Assembly: GCA_973895155.1 (NCBI GenBank)
Contig: OZ316891.1
Coordinates: forward strand, 4,322,018-4,386,017
Reading direction: 5' to 3'
DNA length: 64,000 nt
From: Marsupella aquatica
Lineage: Eukaryota > Plantae > Marchantiophyta
The notes under the pieces are model-generated. The model was not told where the DNA came from and did not search any database. It worked only from the letters and a program-made list of their open reading frames with translations. Positions within the stretch are counted from its first letter, which is position 1, and each line of letters opens with the position of its first letter. Shown piece after piece: positions 1 to 15,049 of this stretch. The position numbers and the translations under genes were made by a program.

Positions 1-769
1 CTCGATCTCACGCGTAGGCTCTGAACAGAAAAGAAAAGGTACTCACTGTAAAAGCAACGAGCGTATGCAGGCAGGAGAGGAATCGAAGGATCTCCACTGA
101 TTCCTACTTTAAGTCAAGGGTCACGAGTTAAGGCCCATGAATCAATTTCGAACACGGGTGATATTATATAACACGGGCGGAAAGGTCGTTGAATCTGCTA
201 TATCAGGCTAAACTTCATACCTAAGGGCTAAGGATTCTTAACTCTGGAGTTTCTCTCTCGGGAGTTGGACCTAAAGCACAGTCGCCTTGTGATTTGCTAC
301 AGGACCAGCTGGTGACTGTGGGACTCACGTACCTTTGCGGGAGTTTTTGATCCTATGATATGAAAAGATGATGGGAGCAGGTTTGGGAGGAATCAGGAGG
401 GGCGGGTTACGTCATGCCCTAGCTAGTTCCATGCCAAGGCTTGCGGTTACAGACTCTGTCACGTCCATGCAGAAACGTAGGCATAGCCGGCCTCCTCAAT
501 TATCGCACTCAAATGTCTGGATTGCATGCGCACTATGTGTCATTTATGTTGCTCGAGCATGACCCGAGACAATTCTTACTTGACGCTCTCGTATGTCGCA
601 CGTCGAAGTGATCCCAGGAACTGAGTGACAGAGATGGAGCGGATGCCCTTGAATTAAGTTGCAGTGGTACAGTAGCAGGTGGATTCGAATTCCTCGAAGT
701 AAATTGATCGATGGGATGCTAGCATGGAAAGGCAGTAGGATGATCGAATGATGATTGAGTTCAGTTGAG

Positions 770-1330
770 CAGTGATCCAGCGGCTATCTCCTTTTGAGCT
801 GCCTTACAGGCTCTGGAAATATTTTCTGCCGCGACTCATGAAGTGAGAGGGCTAGAGCTTGATTACAATTCCCCAATCGTGTGGTCCAAAGCAAGCGATT
901 CAACGATTTCGATGAAGCTGACAACAGTAGACGTCCTTGCAGATCGAAGTCTCCAATGAAGGGTTATTTGACTATGGTAAGAATTCAATGAGTCGGAGTT
1001 TGGCTCAGACAGCCTGTCCATCTGTCAGTCTCTGAGGTAGAATCATATGTCAGTATTGGGGAGAGCTATTGAGGAGAGCAAAGTTTCTCTGACAACTGAC
1101 AGTAGAATTGAGTGGGGAAGCAATAGAAAGACTGAGATAGACAGCGAGATACAATTCAGTTCAACGTCGTGGGAATGATAAGTGAGATTTTGTAATACAC
1201 AGTTCTTTCTCAAGTGGGTTGTAAATAATAATTGAGGTTGTCCGAGAGTGAAATAGAATTGTTGCCGTGAGATTGGGATTGACAAACGTAAGGATCGGCG
1301 ACAACTTTGAGCCTTAATTATTGCAGTCAA
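770..1330 (+). mobile_element. Possible highly degenerate Ty1/copia RT-RNaseH remnant
   Basis: Stop-riddled frames loosely follow the copia order: QLSSDPAAISF*AALQ..THEVRGL, then DFDEAD..RS..KGYL..LSVSEVE.YVSIGE (cf. SNP..HW.A.KR..GL / DAD.A..RKS..GY..LSTTEAEY). No LTRs or PBS recognised. Confidence 0.25.
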
Positions 1331-2142
1331 GATATAGAACTATGATAGAGATGGCACAATGGAGGGAAGAGACACGTCACTCATATAATAACTGTTCCAG
1401 GCAACCCAGAGCATTATAGACAAGACCTTTAACACATTATTTTGGAATCTGCAGAGGACAACAGCCCATAGAGTTCGGAGCTAGTTAATTTGACATGGAT
1501 GATAGTTTGAAAGTGGGAGATATATGAAGTGAGCGAACAGATCACATTGATTACTTTTGGACCAAATATCATCTTATCTGGACATCTCAGACCAATGGAA
1601 AGATTGTTTCTTAATTTCCGACTACAGAGCTTATTGCCAGTATCCAAAGAGAGAGGTAGCTACAGTTATTTATAGATCAAATGTTGCTGGGATTTTAGGA
1701 ACTACTTAACCAGGAATTCGACAAGCAGTACTGCCTCAAAGTAAGAGGTAATTTCATTGACCGAGGAGATCGAAGAGCTTACGTCTCCTGTCTTCTACTT
1801 TTGTAGGTGCTTTCCGTGACCACGTCCACACCCCACCCCACCCCACCCGGCCCCAACACACCCCAACCCCGCAGACAGGCCCTCAACAGAATACTTAAAT
1901 CCTTGCTGCCAGCCATTTCATTGCGGAATCCGGTCTAGTGAGCAAGAGAATTGATTGGATCGGCGGTGTGGGTCGACATTCGATACCGGAAGCTTGCAGT
2001 AGTAACTTCCGTACTGTGTACTTATATGGTGGGCAAGAACTGTCCAATTCCATCGTTTGATCACGATCCATCAGTGTCAACGGAGTGGGACGCAGGAATT
2101 GGACCATCTCGAACCAGCCGTGCTCCTGCTGCAGCTTCTATC

Positions 2143-5100
2143 ATGGGAGCTTTATGGAAGATGGCGGTCGTTCTGTTGCTGCAACTGCTGCTTCTTACAG
2201 ATTCGATGAGACCAGTGCAGTCAAAAATGTACATGGTACTGATGGACGATAGTCCAGTCGTACATTATGATGGATCAATCACAGGATATGAGGCCACCGC
2301 AGTCGTCAGCAACACGAAACTCGAAGGAGCAAGGTAAGCAAGGTTCCACTGTCTTTCTTTCAACACCTGACAATATCTGGGGTGGTCAGTCAGTCTGCAT
2401 TAATTGTCTTCAAATTTCAAGACTGTGCATGTTCGGTCTTGACGGGAAGCAAAAACACTAGTTGAAAGCGCTACAGCGTAAGAAGGCATTTATCGGATGC
2501 AAAAGGCTTACATCGGATGTAAGTGATTCTTTGGTATGGTCATGAGATATTTTAATGAGCTTGTTTGATGATTAGTCCTTCAATTGGATTTTCCACTAGA
2601 GGAAATGAGCAACGCCTCGTCATGTAGTGGGCATTTCACTCTCACTAATTCTGTAACGCGGTATTGTGTTCTCGTGATCTTGACCACAAAACAGGTCATG
2701 AAAATTGGCAGCATTCTTTCTGGATCAGTGCTGCATCGAGTCAAATCAGATAGTCTTGAAAAAAATCACAATTGAGTCTGTTAGCAAGACAATAATTCGA
2801 CAGAACCGGTCTGTTCATACGACAATAGAATAATGCGTGAATTAAACAATATTGGACTGCTCCAATTTCAAAGCCTGAATTCAGTTGTTAGTGTGCGCAG
2901 TCTGTTTGACGAATTGGCTATGCTGTCGTGGGATTGAGTGCGCAGTTTGGCAGTACAGAATTACGCAACATATTTGCGAGATTCACACGATACTTTCTTA
3001 GCCGAAAATTTTCCAGACCAAGGCTACAGGAAGTTGTACAGCTACTGCTATGTTGTGAACGGATTTTCTGTCGACATCACGGAGAAGAAGGTATGATGCA
3101 TCATTCAGATATACACACATTACTGAGACCAGAGTCGTTCAGCTGATTCCCTGAGTAGATCGAAAGGTAATCTCAATAACCGGTCGTAGCTGGCTGGGGA
3201 GTATGTTTGTCGTCTACTTCTTGATCAGACGGACTGAGCTCAAGGGCTAAATTTGCATCTACTCGATATTTCGCAAAACATCGGTGGAATTGCAACAACA
3301 TGCATGTAACTTTAGTCAAATGGTCCGAGATTTCCACGTTCTCAAATCTTTTGAGATAGTTTCCACTTGAAGTTTGACGGATGGATCGAGCTCAGCGAGA
3401 TTGTCTTCCCTGATGGATCTTGCCAAAAGTGTCTTAGCTTGCAGAAGAAGTTCCAGATGTCTACAATAATGCCCGTCCTTCTCTCAAGAATTTTCTCTCT
3501 AGAGATTCTACCTGATACCATACAAACAGCACTGCTGCATACAAGCTTTTATCAAAGACAAGCTAAGAGAATACTTTCGTTTTAGTGATCTTGGTAGATG
3601 TTAGATTGACCGATCCAACACCCCTTCTGTCGATGTGTATGTCCGCATGAGCGACTGGTGCAATCGGTATTTTATTATTTTTTGATACTAGTAGCAGTTT
3701 CTGTAGACATTGCAGCTACTAGCCAAGGAGTGTCTGTTCTCCGTCTAGGCTTAATCGAGGGCTTGAGTGGCCGATTATTTCGTTAGAACGAGCGATGCTG
3801 AATTCACATTCTCATGAGGAATTTCGAAGCATTTGTTCTTAGAAGACTTATCAGTAGTTGGACTTGACCGAGGACTTGACGCTTTCCTGACCACAGTGTA
3901 CTTGCATGAAGGTTTCCTGCTGTATCGACATAGAACATTATTTGAAGGTTAGAAGCAAGATCAATATCATCTGATGATCAAGAAATGCTGACAATATGGC
4001 ACGCTGTCCTGATCAAGGCAGGAGAGCTAGCGGCACATCCGAGAGTCAAGCGAGTCGAAGCTGTCAGTCGAGTGAAGAAAGCGACGACGCACAGCCCGGA
4101 ATATTTGAAACTGCCAGGAGGGGCATGGAATCAGGTTGGGGGCACGTCTGCGGCCGGGGAAGGCATAGTCATTGGATTGGTCGACACTGGCATAAACCCA
4201 ACGCATCCCAGCTTCGCTAACCCCGGCTCGTATGGACCTTTGACCTCGTTCAGGGGATCTTGTGACGTGGCTGTAGACTTTCCAAAAGGCTCTTGCAATG
4301 GCAAGCTAATTGGTGCAAGGCACTTCTCAGCTGCTGCGAAAGCCGCTGGAGCTTTCAATGCCACACTGGATTTCGACTCTCCACTCGACGGTGATGGCCA
4401 CGGCACGTAAGTACTGAAACCAAATTGAATCAACAACTGAAAGCCATGCATTCTAATAAGGGCTTAGATGCATATACACCTCGTTCTACCCCCGATCTGA
4501 TGGAGTGACATGAACCGTTAAATATATCTGTCCATATGGAGAGATTATGCCCATTTTATGAGGTTTGGTGGATTCAAGAGTACGTTTGTTCGATCTCCGT
4601 CCTTGTCTGGAGGTTTATACCGAATTGAATGTCGTCATTAGCTTCTTTCAAGTGTGATGCTTATTTCGAGGATTAATTAGTATCCTCTAGAAAGATTTGG
4701 GAGATAACTTAAGAAATAAATTGCCGTGGAGAGAGGTTCGTGGCGACGTAATTGGCTGCCATAAGCAATTAGTTCAAGACAATGACCAGGAAGGAATTAG
4801 TAGTTCGAAGTACATAGTTCCTGAACATGTCGCAGATTTCGCCCATTCACAAGACAGAAAGATGGTACAATGCAGGAAAACCTTAGCCCAGATTGGCTGA
4901 CACATCAATGTTAACCGATTGCATTCCAATTATCTCGATGATGCCAATTGCTTAAATGTTACGTGTTTGGTTTGGTGTGGATGCGTTCACAGGCACACGG
5001 CGTCGACAGCAGGTGGGAACCATGGCGTTCCGGTGGAGGTCGATGGACTCTACTTTGGACAAGCGAGCGGCATCGCTCCCCGTGCTCGGTGAGCTCATCT

Positions 5101-8100
5101 TCGTCTTTCGTTCTCTTCAACCTAAGAGAATTATCTCCATCAATCAGTTGCCAGCCTCGGAACGACCGGTCTGTAAAGTTCCTGATAATCTTGTGATGTA
5201 TGTGTCTTCCATTTGAGACCTCCAACAACCAGGACCATATCGAATCTCACGAGGAATTAATATAGCTTCTGTACTTGCTTTCATGGATGAAAGGATTTGC
5301 ATCGAAGACCTAGTTCTCTCTGAAGCAGAGAACTTGTTAAGAGTATTGAAAGCGAGGGGAAGCGAATTCTTTACGGCACCTTTCAATTGACGTAATTGCT
5401 TTTGGTGCTGTGTCTTCAGCATCGCAGTGTACAAGGCCCTGTACACAGGTATCGGAGGGTACGACGGGGATGTCGTGGCAGCCATCGACCAGGTGCGTTA
5501 CCATCATCCTGTACCGTCGCATCGGGAATCTTCTGTCTCGTGTGATGTTTTTGGCTGGCTCTGACTCATGTGAGTGCACAGTTTCCAATGGCTTGAGCTT
5601 TTTCCGGGCCCGCCCGCGCGCTCTTGCTCGCTGCGAGCTTTTATCCCACGACTCTGCTTACGCCAGACGTCCGCCATGGATAGATCGGATCGCTTTAGAC
5701 AACTTATTCGACCTCGCCCATAAGGTGCACTGTGGTCCGTGGCACTCGTGGAGTGGTTAGTTCATGCATGCATACCGGTAGCAATGTAGCGTGTACTCAG
5801 AGTAGAATGATGCAAATTAGCAAATATGCTTGCCATCTTAATCCGGACGCCTAGCTAGTAGCTACCATGGAATTTAATGTTCTCGAGAAACATTTTTGTC
5901 AGACTAGAAGTCAGAAGCACGGTTCTGATTGCATTAGCCAATATCGAAACAATTATCCACTTTTCGATTCCATATCTGACTGAACATGGATGAAGTATTG
6001 GATTAGCAAAACTGAACATGGATGAAGTATATCATCACTCGGAATATTACCCAAACAGGATCCATGCTCATGAACGTATTGAAGAAAAATTCAGTTCCAG
6101 GGAAGCATAGTAGACCATATTCTAATCAATGAAGGTACTTGAGAGTCTACAGAAAGCTCTTGGAAGACTTCTTATACAATATCCAGATACCACAGTGGAA
6201 TGGGTGGACTGCTGAACTTAGATTTGATTGTAACAGAGTGCTAAAACTTTCAATATGCTGGGACATACTGAGATTAAATCACAATCAAGTGACCTCAGTA
6301 GTATGTCGTTCGAATGTTTGGATCTGCAAGCTAGAGAAAATTGAACAAATTGAAAAGAAAAATCTTCGTTGGGCAAGATCCGAAGTGTACTAGTAAGCAA
6401 ACTTAAATTCACAGATTATTAGTTTCCCTGCTATCGTTCCATCGAAGATTGAGCAGCATACGTCGTTAAGGAGCTACTGTAGTTTTCGCCCCTGTTTGAT
6501 TCATTTGCAATTATAGCTTTCCGTAATTATGACAAAATGGCACGGTGTGTTTGAATTGACTGTCCAGGCTATTGCAGACGGAGTGGACATCTTGAGTCTC
6601 TCGATTGCACCAGATGTCGCTCCGGCCATTGACACAGTGTTTCTCAACGTCCTGGACGTCGCACTTCTGGGTGCTGTCAGAGCGGGGGTCTTCGTCGCGC
6701 AGGCCGCAGGAAACAGTGGGCCGTTTTATGAATCGGTTCTATCCTTCAGCCCGTGGATTGTTTCAGTTGCTGCCAGTTACATGGACAGAAACTATAGCAA
6801 TTCAATCACGTTAGGAAACGGGCATACATTGTCTGGGGACGGGCTCGCAGGTCTGTTTGAACCTTGTTACTTAAGTCATTGAGTATATAACCTCTTTCAT
6901 TCTCTGAAAAAAGTTTCCGGAATAAATGTTGACGATAGAATGAATCGCACTAAAAAAGAAATTAGACTCGAAGTCTGCGCACTGGTTAAATTACCAAAAC
7001 ACAGCTTCGTACCATCCAGTCTTCTAGTACAACGAATCAACTCTTCAAATTCCTGAAATGAATGAACTAGACGCGTACTAAGCATACTACTTAGAGCAAA
7101 TTTGAAGCAAACATTCGAAAATATTCTCCGAGACTAATGCCAATGGATCAAAACTAGTACAGTAGAACCCATTGCATTCATTATCATCCGGATTGGTTCG
7201 TCTAATGAAGAATGTGTGCGATGGAGAATTTATGGTAAAATAGAGGCAGAGGGTCTCAATTCGATCAGCTCATTTTGCAATCAGCCTCTTAGCTAATGAT
7301 CTCTGGCCCAACCAAATCCATTCATTTCAAGCTTGAACCATGCAGCCTCTGATGGCAGGGACCAGTGGCATTGATGTGATTCGCAGCTGGAACGCAAGGC
7401 AGTACAATGTACACGATAGTCTCGGCAAAGGATGTAAACGTCACTGTAAAGCCACACGTTATCGTCGAGGAATGTCAAAGTTCGGACCACTTCGACAAGA
7501 AACTTGTTGAGGGCAAGCTTCTGGTCTGCACTTACAACTTCGACTTCATTACCGGAGTCGCCACGTTGAAACTTGTTTCCGAAACGGCCAAGAATTTGAG
7601 TGCGGCGGGTATCATTTATGTCGTGAGTGACGACTTAGTAGGTATTTCAGGGCTTTTCACTATACTCAACACTCAAGGCGCTCCTGCAATTGTCATCGAT
7701 AAAGCTCTAGCGAAGGAGGTATGACCTTCACCTTCTCAGCTCGGCCTGCAAACGAGAACGGGGTATAACATCCTCAGTTTGGCTAAATTGCTTGATTTTT
7801 GGTGGGAATGGCGGAATCTCCTAACGATTACGTGATCTTCTATGTAGAGAAGTGAAGAGCTATCGAGAATAATTTCTCTTACGAAAATTTCTCTTCCTTT
7901 CGTATTCAATGACAACAGGAATTTCTAACATACTACAATGCGTCGACGAAGAAAGTCGGCCATAAAACCACTTTTGGAGCGAAAGCAAAACTCAACGGGG
8001 GTGCCCAGGCAATTTATACTGGAGCAGCCCCGGTTGTTGCCTTATTTTCTTCAAGGTAACTTTCTGAAGGTTTCGTGTGACAATTGCGAGCCATTTGTCG

Positions 8101-10474
8101 AGTTTCTCATACAGTCCAGTCATTCTTGGATTTGGATATGATTTCAATGCCTGAATCTTGTTGCTGCTGATGTTTTAGGGGTCCGGACTTTAACAATGTG
8201 AGCTACATACCCGCCGACGTGCTTAAGCCGAACGTAATGGCCCCGGGAGTCTCCATTTGGGCTGCATGGAGCCCAATAGGGTTGGATGTCAGCGACTTTT
8301 TGGGTACAGTATACTTGCAAACTCTGCATAACTGCTTCTTAAAATAGTCTGCCCACCAAAACTTGTAATGGAGGTCTCTCATAGAAATTGTTCAGACAAT
8401 GCATTAATAATATCAAGCGCTTGCAGCTAAACCTTGAACGAAGGACGGATGTGGATGCTAAACCTTCAATTGGTAGTCTTAAATTGTAGCAAAGCTGTGG
8501 TGTATCGTTTTGATCTTTTCTTCTAAGTTTCGCTTTAGTGCAGTTACTTCCACCAAGAGAATTCAGAAGAATCCAAACTCCGACGTGAATTTAGGGTTTA
8601 AACTCTGTTCCAAAGGCTATTACCAAGAAGCAGATTGTTCAATTATGCAGGTCAAAACTTTGCGATTATCAGTGGGACGAGTATGGCGACTCCACATATT
8701 GCAGGCATTGCAGCACTGGTGAAAGAGAAGTTTCCCAGTTTTAGCCCAGCCGCCATTCATTCGGCGCTGGCTGGGACTGCATTCACGGTAGACCAGCATG
8801 GTGCACCCCTTCAAGCGCAGTATCCCAACCCAAACAACCTCAGCATACTCATCGGACCCGCTTCTCCTTCCGACCTAGGTGCTGGACATGTAGATGCCTT
8901 AGCTGCTCTTAATCCGGGCCTCGTCTTCGAAGCAGGTTCGTTCTAAATACTTTAACTTGTCCCTAACTACGGCATCGTCAACAATCTGCATATTTGTTTT
9001 AAGGGTGGGATCCAAGATTTAAAAGCAAGTGGACGTAGGCTGAGGCTGAGGCTGAGGCTCGTAATTTCTCATGGTTCTTTCCATCGCAATTAATTAGAAG
9101 AATATCTGTATCACGATAAGGAAACTATGAAAAATCGCCGAGTTTCGTTTCGACTGAAGTTGCAAAACACTGACTCTAGAGTAGATTTGTTTATTTTGTT
9201 TCCCCCTTTCGTTCTCTTTTTTCTGTCACTGTGACGGTACCCTTGAGTTATTGCTGCGAGGAATCTCTGTATAATATGTATTTGTTCTACTAGTAGGAAG
9301 CCACAGACTATACTCTGTTGCCGAACACAGCAAATGGACCTTGACAGAAGTAGTGAAATTTCTTCACTCCCCACCTCAACTTATGTCCGAGTTTCAAACC
9401 TCCGTCTCAGGTTAAGGGTACTCAGATATCTATCTCGTGTCACTGGTCGATCTGACGTAAGGAAATGAACACCCCTTGGAAGGATTGTATCCTTTTGGAT
9501 CCAACTGGACTCTTTGGTCCGAAAATTGAGTATGTTTGGAAGACTGTTCTGTTGAGTCTTCTTCTCTCAAATTGGATGTGTGCGAAAGGACGCACTCGAT
9601 CAAAGTCGCTAAAGCCGTTGTACCAGTAATTTTATTTTAATCTCACTGGGACCCTCACCGCAGCATAATGGTTTAGCTTGACTCGGTTGGTCGAAGTTTT
9701 CGAACGCAGTTGGATTTTAAGAATAACCGAACGGTGGGCATACTCTGTTCTGTGGTTCTCAATCGCAATCGCTTCCAATTGTCAGATTTTTGAGTCGATG
9801 CGCGCTCAAACTAGCCTGATGAGTAGAATTATCCACTGTCGTTTAGTAGCTTTTTCGAACTGAAGTTGAGGATTTGAAGGATTGATGTCGTACTTCAACA
9901 GAGTCCATTGAAATGGCCTTCCTCTATTTCCTACAATGGTTTTCTAAATCTGATAGAGAACCATCAACTCAGCTCAAACGCACCTCGAGACTGTGCTAAC
10001 AATTGCCACCGCCCACATTATGAAAATGCCAGTGGCTAATTTCGACCCATTGTTGCCATTTCAGGAATTGACGACTACATCAAGTTTCTTTGCAAAGTAC
10101 CGTTGGTGAACTCTTCCGAGGTTCGTAACGCCACCGGTTTAGGATGCCCGTGCGACCTCCCAAGCTACCCCTCAGATCTTAACACGCCATACATCTCCAT
10201 AGGAGTATTGAATGGATCTCGCAGAGTCCCGAGAACGGTGACAAGCGTCTCTTCAGTTGAGGAAAGCTACTCGGTGAAGATCGTCAGCCCCAGGGACGTT
10301 CAGAGCACCGTCAAGCCGACCTCCTTCAATCTTCAGCCTGGTCAGTCTACAACAGTCACAATTACCCTCCAAGCCCTCAGATCTAGTAACAGTTCTTTTG
10401 GCGAACTCCATTTCTTTGGCAGCAAGGGCCATTCTATCTCCATTCCCATTACTGTAGCTCAAAAAATTCAATAA
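2143..10474 (+). CDS. Subtilisin-like serine protease (S8A, SBT2-like), 11 exons
   Basis: Exons 2143-2333, 2946-3090, 4018-4406, 4993-5088, 5420-5492, 6568-6850, 7387-7718, 7919-8055, 8179-8303, 8651-8935, 10065-10474 with GT-AG boundaries. Signal peptide, I9 propeptide (YRKLYSY..NGFS), catalytic D (GLVDTG), H (DGDGHGTHTAST), oxyanion N (AAGNSG), S (GTSMATPH), PA domain and C-terminal Fn3-like region (SDLNTPYISI..RTVT). Confidence 0.95.
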
Positions 10475-11044
10475 TACACTCCCCTCAGTGGAGATGGGCG
10501 TCTCGCTCAATGGGCGAGGATACATTCCTCCAACCTCAGAGCAAGCAATTGCTCCAAGATGGGAATGCCTTACTGTCCATCTGCACTGTCTCTGGAGAGG
10601 GAGAATTTGCTCACTTCACTCAGTACGAAGAGTCTGGAGAAGGAGAGAATTGACTGGCACGCTTAAGCTTTCCAAAGCAGCATACAGTAGATGTGTATAC
10701 TAAGTCCTTCAGATCCGCGTTACGGCTTTGAAGTTGCAAACATCTACCCGCCATAATATGCAATGCAATCCTTCCATAGTAAGCAATCCTGCCAAAATGG
10801 AGGCATGGTCTATTAACAAACTCAAAAGAGGCGGGAATCAGATTTATTATCCTTCAGTATTCCTAAACCATTGGACTCCTACAAAAGGTGTATTAAACTA
10901 GGCCTAGAAGTCTCTCAAAACTACAACTTAAGAAACTGTCGCAGCCGGAATAAATTGATCAACGCATACAATTAAGTGTTAGACTGATAAGGAGCAGGAT
11001 GGTGCACAACGGTATGTCACCGAGACAAGGTGCAAGTGGTTGGA

Positions 11045-11212
11045 TTGCTTAGATCAAAGGACGAGATTTTGATGATGAACAATGATGGAGTCACATTTCA
11101 ATTGATGGTACTTCAAGTAATTCAAGTTGCTTAGATCAATGGATGAGATCAGATTTTCATGATGAACAATGATGGAGTCACATTCAATTGATGGTACTTT
11201 AAGTTATTCAAA
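11045..11212 (+). repeat. Tandem duplication of ~82 bp
   Basis: ttgcttagatcaa..gagattt..atgatgaacaatgatggagtcacatt..caattgatggtactt occurs twice head-to-tail. Confidence 0.8.
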
Positions 11213-11924
11213 TGTTCATTTTGAGTTTCTATGTTACTATTTCTGTGCTACTATCATCATCCTAAGTTGCATCAAAAGGGTTTTAGCCATAATTTTGTTG
11301 TTACTACACAGTCCATTTGGGCTTAGTTAATATCTGTAAGCTGATGCCTGCCTGACCTACTGACTTAAAAAATTGGAGAAAGATAGATTTCTCAAGAAAA
11401 TGCAAGGAACCTTATCATACCAATCAAATGAAAGAGAAGGTCAAGTAAACAGAAAAGGAGTTGGGTGTGGAATGGGGGTGAAAAAAATTAATGAAGTGGT
11501 GGTTGTTTGAGGCAGGGAAGGAGGGTAGAAACAACTTTGGGTTGCAAGTGTAGTTAGCAATCCAATTCACCAAAATGTTTCTAGTCCTGATTGCCTCTAT
11601 TCACATACTTGCGGAAACTCTCACCCCAACTCCTTTCATACTCTTCCTCTAACGCCTGACCATCTTTTGCTTTGACAACACTTATGCTTGACAATTATAC
11701 TCTACATTTGTTTGACATGATGATCATAGCAACAACACTCTTGCATAAATAGCATTGTCACAATGACCACACAGTCACTTCTCCAACAATAACACTACCA
11801 CAACAATAACGGTGCAACGCACGGCCATAGGGCAATCTCACAAAATCTGTTATGCAGCCTTTTTACAAGACGACAGTGCAATGGGTGAGATTCCACTTCG
11901 TCGCTCGATGCTGTCTCCTGGCAC

Positions 11925-12034
11925 CTAGGGGTCACAGGCATCGCCCAAAGGTAAAACATCTAAGACCACCGTGATTCCAGTGTCACCCGTAATAGTGAAC
12001 TGGCCTCCCTGACACACAGGGGAGGTCGAGCAGC
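11925..12034 (-). pseudogene. 3' half of the small secreted Cys-rich protein gene split by the transposon
   Basis: The minus strand reads (C)CSTSPVCQGGQFTITGDTGITVVLDVLPLGDACDP*. It is in frame with 22317-22008 once the element and one ATT copy are removed, and collinear with the C-terminus of the paralog at 23501-23912. Confidence 0.92.
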
Positions 12035-13625
12035 ATTAGGGCGTCTCAAACTTAAGCATTTGGAATTCCGAATGGCACCCGGGATTTCACAGTCGTGGGC
12101 CGCCCGGATCAGGTGGTCGGCCCACCGATTTGGTGACCGGAAAGTTTTTACCGGGTTTTTTTGGTCACCCGGTCGTCCGCTATGGACTAACCCTGGGTTG
12201 GATAGGCAGGTGGAAACTAACTGAAGCAGCAGACGAGGGCGACTCGAGAATCAAAACCAAACTAGGTGGAGCACTAGACGGGACAGCTGCTGAGAAACGA
12301 ACACGAGAAACGAACACGAACACGAGACTAGCACGAGACGGGACAACTGCTGAGAAACGAACACGAACTCGACATTCAACTCGAGGGCCTCCACTTTTCG
12401 TATGATTGCGTGGATCAGTCTGTTTCTGTGCTCTCGATTCCGACGCAGAAAGCAGGAGGACGAGGAGGAGCAGCAGCAAACCTCTCTGTCGTGGGTTCTC
12501 TATCGCGATTCTGCGTCGAGGGAAAGGATTCTGGCTGTGAATCCGGGAGCTATGGAATTCGAGGATCCGTGAGCAGGAGGAGAGCGATTCTAGTTGCTGG
12601 AAAGGTTTAAGGCGTGATGGTGGCTTCTCTTTTTATCTACATGGTTCAAGTCTCTCGCCCCAATTCATGGCATTTCTACTCTCTTCGTGCTCCATTGACT
12701 GTACCTGGTCGCTGCACATCACGAATTCCAGCTAGAGACTCTTCTTGTGGAGCTATCACCTAAGATGATGCCTCTGTCTTTTCGCTTCTATGTTTCAACA
12801 TTTTGGTAGATATCTTGAAATTTTGACAGAATTGCTTCGAGCTTCAATATATGTCTAAGTAAGGCAGTTTGGATGTGCCCTAAGGGATCTGTTGCCAACC
12901 CTTTGTAAGCTTCTCGTCCAGTCGGTGCTCTGGGTGATGTAAATGATAAGGGCGCTTGGTCCAGTCAGTGAGCGAAATACACCACAGAATAGCCTTAGCT
13001 ACGCAATTTCTTGCTGCCATTACTTTTCTTGTTAGATCTTGTAGTAGGTACCCATAATTTCCCGCTAGATCGTAATGGAGATTTTGTGTTCACTGTAGCA
13101 CCGAAGTAACGGTGGGCAGCCTGTCCCACCTAATACGATCTGGATAGCTAAGCAAGTAGTCATAGGTTGGCCACACTGTCTCTCTTAAGCGTGCAGCAGC
13201 ACAATTAATATGCTGTTGGAGTTACTTTTAAATTTACTAGGCTGGGCCTTTGCTGGACAAAACAGATCCTATAATTTAAAGACACCATTGATGTTGTAGC
13301 TGAAAATCTAGTCGTTTTCTGCTTGGCCCTTGTTCTTATGTTGAAGTTTTGTCCACCAATTTCACTTCTGTTTTGGGTGAGGCAATTTGAACTCCTCCAA
13401 TCACTTGAAACGGGGAATGCTCTTCAATTCTGTTAGCAGGTGAACAACTCTTGTAGGTAATAAATTCTGGAGTCTACATATGATCTACAGACGAATTTAC
13501 ATCACCGAAAGCTAGAGCCCAGGGTAGAAGGTCAAGACTCTAAGCAAACAAGGAACATCCTAGTTTTATTGGGTAATGACAATGTCCTGTCGTGAGTTGT
13601 GTTTGCAGTAACTTGATCTGACACT

Positions 13626-15049
13626 ATGCCTCGAGTTTCACAACGACAAATACAGCTCAGGGCTGTAAAACAGAAACTTGAGCTTAACATTGCCCTCCTC
13701 AGCGACAGTGATGAGTCTGACGAAGGTGAGAAGGTGTTTGATAAGATGCCTGGACAACTGAAGTGTGCAGGGATTGGAAATTTCAGTAATGAACTGTCTG
13801 ATGATAGTTGCCTCCAGCTTGATTCATCTGGAGACAGTGACCACGACGAGTATGACCAAGATGACACAAGACCTGAGGACTTGCTAGAGTTGTATTTTGT
13901 GCTATATAACACCAGGTACTTCGTGCTATATAACACCAGGTACTTCGTGCCTCGTCATGTGAGTCTGAAGTCCAATGACTTTGCCACTCAATTCTTCCAT
14001 AACCTGCCAGAACTACTTTTCAGGCAACTTACAAGGATGAATAAGAATTTCTTTTTCCATTTCCTTGACTTGGTATCGACTCATCCAGTCTTTCAGAACA
14101 GGTCCCAATTTGAGCAAGCTCCTATAGTCAGGCAAATTGCAGTTTGCCTTGACCGTCTTGGGCATGATGGTAACGGGGCTTGTCTTAACCATATGATCCC
14201 TACCTGGGGTGTAAGTACCGGTTCTTTGGTGAATTTTTCGAAACAATGCTTCTGTGCACTTGAATCTGTTCTTGCAGACCAGATCCAATGGCCAACTAGG
14301 GATGAGCGTCTTAAGCTGAGTGATGGTTTTGCCAGACTTGGATTCCCTGGATGCATTGGTCTCATTGATGGGTCTCTCCTACCTCTTGCACAAAGACCTG
14401 CTCTCCATGGTGAGTGCTATTACGACAGGAAGTCCAGGTACTCAGTTAATGCTCAAGTGGTCTGTGACAATCGACGCAAAATCCTCTTCATGTTTACAGG
14501 TCTGTGTTGCTCCTCACTTCATAACTAGTGCTTGTATTCTGTCACTGGCATGCTCTTTAACCATTCAATTCCGCTTAGCGTTTAATGTCTTTATCTTGAC
14601 TTTGTTACAAATCACTCCTTACAGGAATGCCAGGCTCCTGTAGTGACCTCACATGTGTGAAACGCTCCCCACTATTCCAGTACTGCAATGGAGTTGGTGG
14701 AACACTTCTTTTCGATGAAAATCAGTACCTGCTAGGTGACAGTGGGTACCAAGCTCTTCCCCACTTGGTCTGCGCTTTTAAAAGGTCTGACTTCTGTCAA
14801 GACAAGGAGGACTTCAATACTTGCATTGCAAAGTGCCGGGTCACAAACGAGCACTGTATAGGGGTACTAAAATCCCGTTGGCATTCACTGAAGGAGGTCC
14901 GCACTCAATTGAACAAGAGTAAGGACTCTGTCTGGATGATACGGTGGGTTTCCTTGTGTGGCAAACTGCATAATTACGTTATGAGCATGAACCACGAATG
15001 GTTTGAATCTGACATGGAAGAGGATAATTGTGATGAGCCCCAGCAGTAG
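13626..15049 (+). CDS. Harbinger-type DDE transposase (DDE_Tnp_4-like), 2 exons, ~432 aa
   Basis: Exons 13626-14499 and 14625-15049 (GT-AG intron, joins FTG|MPGSCSD). Motifs GFPGCIGLIDGS, YYDRKSRYSVNAQVVCD, LLGDSGY, RVTNEHCIGVLKSRW. An 8-aa tandem duplication (FVLYNTRY x2); the extreme C-terminus may be frameshifted. Confidence 0.92.
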